Origin: a virus
Lineage: Duplodnaviria > Caudoviricetes
Virus record (IMG/VR): IMGVR_UViG_3300044274_000057
Coordinates: 1-27,827 of that record
Length of the DNA: 27,827 nt
Direction: 5' to 3' (one strand)
Shown here piece by piece: positions 24,992 to 27,827 of the stretch (the first letter of the stretch is position 1; the number at the start of each line of letters is the position of its first letter). The notes beneath the pieces are model-generated. The model did no database searches, was not told the DNA's origin, and worked only from the letters and a program-made list of their open reading frames with translations. The position numbers were made by a program, and so were the translations under genes.

Positions 24992-25363
24992 CTAACGGTG
25001 GTAGTCCTCAATCGCAGCCAGCACCTCCGCCGAACAGGGCAGCTCGCCCCTCTGGCGCCGGTAGTGCGCCACCAGGCCGGCAAAGATCAGCTTCTCCATG
25101 CCCCGCCGGCCTATGTCCCGGGGTGCGCCGTAATACTCGGTGACAAACTGGGCGGTGTTTTTGTCGATGGACGCCTCGTGCCGGTGGTGGCGCGGACATA
25201 GCGGAATCACGAAATCTTGGCCGATCCACACCTTGCTGTGCTTGCCGGTGGAACCTACGCAGTGATGAATCTCCGCCGGCATGCCGCAGCAGGCGCAGCC
25301 CTGGTCGCGGAGCCATTGGTGCCACCGCTTTTGGCGCGCGGTGGGTGCTTTGCCGCCTTGCAT
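24992..25363 (-). CDS. Ref/DUF968-like HNH nuclease
   Basis: GC.CC...AEIHH...VIPLC..HH motif; SD GGAGGTGGAG and TGATG coupling at 25363. Confidence 0.8.
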   Translation of the reverse strand: MQGGKAPTARQKRWHQWLRDQGCACCGMPAEIHHCVGSTGKHSKVWIGQDFVIPLCPRHHRHEASIDKNTAQFVTEYYGAPRDIGRRGMEKLIFAGLVAHYRRQRGELPCSAEVLAAIEDYHR

Positions 25364-25593
25364 CAGCTCCACCTCCACTGGCGACCAAAAATCACAACGC
25401 CAACGCACTTAAACCAGGAAACGATAGGTGGCCCGTTTAATGGCCGACCCAGCTCCTCGGAATGCTCTTGAATAAAATCCTCTACCTTGTCCATCTGCCG
25501 GGTAATCGACCCGGTCACCAAAAACTCTCGACGGGAAACGATAGCGCCGCCTGGATAAGTTCCTCTGCTGACCACAAAATAGATTCGCTTCAC
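25363..25593 (-). CDS. Hypothetical protein (76 aa, low GC)
   Basis: GTGA overlap at 25590-25593 and TGATG at its end. Confidence 0.6.
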   Translation of the reverse strand: MKRIYFVVSRGTYPGGAIVSRREFLVTGSITRQMDKVEDFIQEHSEELGRPLNGPPIVSWFKCVGVVIFGRQWRWS

Positions 25594-26060
25594 GCTGCCA
25601 CCCCCAGCAGATTGCTCATCTGCTCGATCTGGTCCTGGGTCAGCCCGCTCCAGTACATGTCGATGATGTGCTGGCAGAACTGACCGTAGACCTGCTGAAA
25701 TTCGCCTTCGTCCATCTGGTCGAAGGACATGGATTTGGGCCACCGCTGGCTGACCACGCCGTACCCGGGCACCTTCACATCCATCCGCTCGCAGCCGATG
25801 TCCGCCTCGAACTGCAGGCGCTTCAGTACGCTGTGCGCGTCCATGTTGGTGAAGTCGTCCAGGTTCTCGATCAATAACTGGGCCAGCTTGTGGGCGCGCT
25901 TCCAGGCGGTGGGGTTGCGGGCCTTCTTCGGGTCGGCAGACACCAGGTCGCCCCGGCGAATCTTCCGCTGACGGAGCAACTGCTTACTCAGGTCATCGGC
26001 CGGCACGAATGCGCCGTCGTCGGTGACGCGGAGCAGGACGGTTCGCTTCTGTTTAGCCAT
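25590..26060 (-). CDS. DUF1367-like nin-region protein
   Basis: G.FVPA, K.ARNP..W and PKSMSF..MDE.EF...Y motifs; SD GGAGG before ATG 26060. Confidence 0.8.
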   Translation of the reverse strand: MAKQKRTVLLRVTDDGAFVPADDLSKQLLRQRKIRRGDLVSADPKKARNPTAWKRAHKLAQLLIENLDDFTNMDAHSVLKRLQFEADIGCERMDVKVPGYGVVSQRWPKSMSFDQMDEGEFQQVYGQFCQHIIDMYWSGLTQDQIEQMSNLLGVAA

Positions 26061-26214
26061 GCACCACCTCCAGAATCTCCATGCCATGCGCCCTGTGTTT
26101 GGCCATGACAGCCATGCCCTCGGGCGTGGTTACGATGGCCTGGGGCCAGCCGGTCATTTCGGCCTGGAACTGGGCCTCTTCCAGGGCGGCTTGAGGGTCG
26201 GTGAATGGGGTCAT
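26053..26214 (-). CDS. Hypothetical protein (53 aa)
   Basis: MTPFTDPQAALEEA...; SD GAGGAGG and ATGA overlap (3' part of track ORF 26053..26883). Confidence 0.7.
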   Translation of the reverse strand: MTPFTDPQAALEEAQFQAEMTGWPQAIVTTPEGMAVMAKHRAHGMEILEVVHG

Positions 26215-26528
26215 GCGGCCTCCTCGCCTGCCGGCGCAGGCAGGGAAACCATATGCACGTTCCGACCCGTCACCGGGCACGGCGTCAGATCCTCGGACTC
26301 CACCAGCCGGCGGGCTGCGATCAGCGAGTTGGTGCGCGCCGCAACGGTGGACGTTTCCAGGCCGGTGAGCTGCGCGATCTGCCGGCGGCTGACCCATCCA
26401 TCGGTGTGCTGGCCGGTGCGGATCAGCAGGGCCACACCGGCGAGCACCTGCTTTTCTTGGCGGCCCAGGTCGGCGGTCTTGAGGGTGTCGTAGGCTATGA
26501 GGCTGGATTCGCGGACCGAGGTTTTCAT
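26211..26528 (-). CDS. Winged HTH DNA-binding protein
   Basis: SRRQIAQLTGLETSTVAARTNSL HTH followed by a C.VTGR wing; TGATG coupling. Confidence 0.8.
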   Translation of the reverse strand: MKTSVRESSLIAYDTLKTADLGRQEKQVLAGVALLIRTGQHTDGWVSRRQIAQLTGLETSTVAARTNSLIAARRLVESEDLTPCPVTGRNVHMVSLPAPAGEEAA

Positions 26529-26914
26529 CACGCCGCCCTCCTGTCCCGCTCAGACGCCCAGCCCACCAGATACTGCTGGCGGCCATAAATGCGGCTGGCC
26601 AGAACAAAGCCGGCTTCCAGCGCGACCAGGGCCGTGGCTTTGCCGGTCCATGCCGCCCACGCTTCAAGATCAGCCAGCACGGCATCCAGGTAGTGCCGCT
26701 GCGTGAAGTACCGCGACCGCTGGAACTGATTGACCTGCGAGTAATGGACCCGACCATCGCCGTTGCACAGGCCGCACTCCTCTGAACCAAGCTCGGTGCC
26801 GCAGCACTCGCATTCGTCAGGGGACAAGCCGAAGCCGTCGCAGTCAGGGCATTCCACCAGCGGGTCGCCCTGCACCATTTCACCGTGCCATTCGTGGTAT
26901 TTGATGATGTTCAT
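26528..26914 (-). CDS. DnaJ-type (CxxCxGxG) zinc-finger protein
   Basis: CPDCDGFG..CECCG..CGLCNGDG; SD GAGGTG before ATG 26914. Confidence 0.75.
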   Translation of the reverse strand: MNIIKYHEWHGEMVQGDPLVECPDCDGFGLSPDECECCGTELGSEECGLCNGDGRVHYSQVNQFQRSRYFTQRHYLDAVLADLEAWAAWTGKATALVALEAGFVLASRIYGRQQYLVGWASERDRRAA

Positions 26915-26946
26915 CACGCCACCTCGCTCTTGCTGGTCAGTTTCAT
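26914..26946 (-). CDS. 10-codon minigene MKLTSKSEVA
   Basis: ATGA overlap with the DnaB stop, own SD GGAGGT, TGATG overlap with the next gene. Confidence 0.45.
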   Translation of the reverse strand: MKLTSKSEVA

Positions 26947-27827
26947 GCGACCTCCCGGGACAGGTTGGCCACGGCCATGATTTCCGGTTGCCAGTAGACG
27001 CGGACGGCGCCGGTCGGCCCGTGGCGGTTTTTCTCCACGCGCACTTCCATGATTCCCTTGTCCTGTGAGTTCTCGTTGTAGACCTCATCGCGGTACAGGG
27101 TCAGGATCTGGTCGGCCTCTTTCTCGACCTCGGAGCTGTCGCTGATGTCGCCCATGTGCGGGCGTTTGTCGGCCCGGTCCTCGACTTTCCGGCTTACCTG
27201 GGCCAGCGCCACCACCGGGATATTCAGCTCGCGGGCGCAGTCCTTGAGGGCGCGAGTGATTTCGCCCACCTGCTGGTGTTTGGGCTGGGTCGAGTCGGCG
27301 GGTTTGATCCGCTGGATGTAATCGACGAACAGCGCCTTGATGCCATAGGCGTGCTTCCACTTCCGGGCTTGGCGCACTACGTCCGCAACGGTCGGTCCGC
27401 AGTTGTCGTTGATCCAGATGTTGTTGCGGTCCTGGAGCTTCTTGACCGTCGCCGTGATCACCGCCCAATGGGCGTCGCTGATGTCGCTGGGGTTGCGCAT
27501 TCGGGCAGCGGCAAAGCGCCCCTCGCGGGAAATGAGACGCTGGCCGATCTGAGTTACCGGCTGCTCGGTGGAAATCAGTCCGCCGGCGGCGTTGCTGTTC
27601 AGCATCAGGTTCAGCAGGAACGCGGTTTTGCCGACCGAGGGCCGGGCGGCGATCACCACCAGATCGGAGTCATGCAGCCCGCCCAGCAGGTGATCCACGT
27701 CCACCAAGCCGGTGGGGATGGATGCGATGTCGCCGGCCTGCCTCGCCTCCAGGTCGTTGACCACGGCGCGCAGCATTTCAGTGGTGCTGTACTCGTGGCT
27801 CTGGCCGACCATGCCAAGCTGCATGAG
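26943..27827 (-). CDS. dnaB: Replicative DnaB-family helicase (5' part outside the window)
   Basis: IPTG, AARPSVGKT Walker A, VDYIQ, LAQ.SR, D..DS..VE..AD and KNRHGPTG motifs. Confidence 0.96.
   Translation of the reverse strand, partial: LMQLGMVGQSHEYSTTEMLRAVVNDLEARQAGDIASIPTGLVDVDHLLGGLHDSDLVVIAARPSVGKTAFLLNLMLNSNAAGGLISTEQPVTQIGQRLISREGRFAAARMRNPSDISDAHWAVITATVKKLQDRNNIWINDNCGPTVADVVRQARKWKHAYGIKALFVDYIQRIKPADSTQPKHQQVGEITRALKDCARELNIPVVALAQVSRKVEDRADKRPHMGDISDSSEVEKEADQILTLYRDEVYNENSQDKGIMEVRVEKNRHGPTGAVRVYWQPEIMAVANLSREVA

Larger units (their letters stand above)
160..27827 (-). mobile_element. Temperate siphovirus-type prophage (replication end through tail genes to att site), continuing beyond the window end
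   Basis: Co-oriented phage gene order (DnaB, nin-like, Q, lysis, terminase, portal, capsid, tail tube, TMP, tail tip, fibre) ending at a 3' tRNA fragment; no sheath gene seen. Confidence 0.97.

Noticed and set aside
26215-26883. 276-aa ORF 26053..26883 as one gene
   Set aside because: It overlaps two better-supported coupled genes; only the last 53 codons have an SD and coupled start.
1-27827. CRISPR array, IS element or recognisable defence operon
   Set aside because: No spaced repeats, transposase or known defence motifs were found by inspection.

Overview
The window holds the late-gene half and one end of a temperate, long-tailed (siphovirus-type) prophage in a high-GC gammaproteobacterium. 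It is integrated at a tRNA-Lys(UUU) gene: a 52-bp 3' tRNA fragment (att core, 160-211) and the host tRNA terminator mark the boundary. Almost all genes are on the minus strand. In transcription order they are DnaB helicase (partial), a nin-like cluster (DnaJ-type Zn finger, wHTH, DUF1367-like, Ref-like HNH, VRR-NUC, TraR/DksA), a Q-like antiterminator, a lysis cassette, TerS/TerL, portal, head and neck genes, tail tube, G/GT chaperones with a -1 slippery site, tape measure, a two-gene exported-protein moron with a perfect CRP-type site, a distal tail protein, a 1821-aa tail-tip protein, a short fibre, a stand-alone lectin-like module and its partner. Two small plus-strand genes next to att sit behind a LexA box. 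The most unusual observation is one peptide (ETSLYADFKAQSFVL / ETLIADFQAQEFLV) present both at the fibre C-terminus and as an apparent loop insertion in the tail terminator. It resembles the missing N-terminal hairpin of the separately encoded lectin module, which suggests a split-domain docking system. All family assignments come from motif recall and synteny; no database searches were run.
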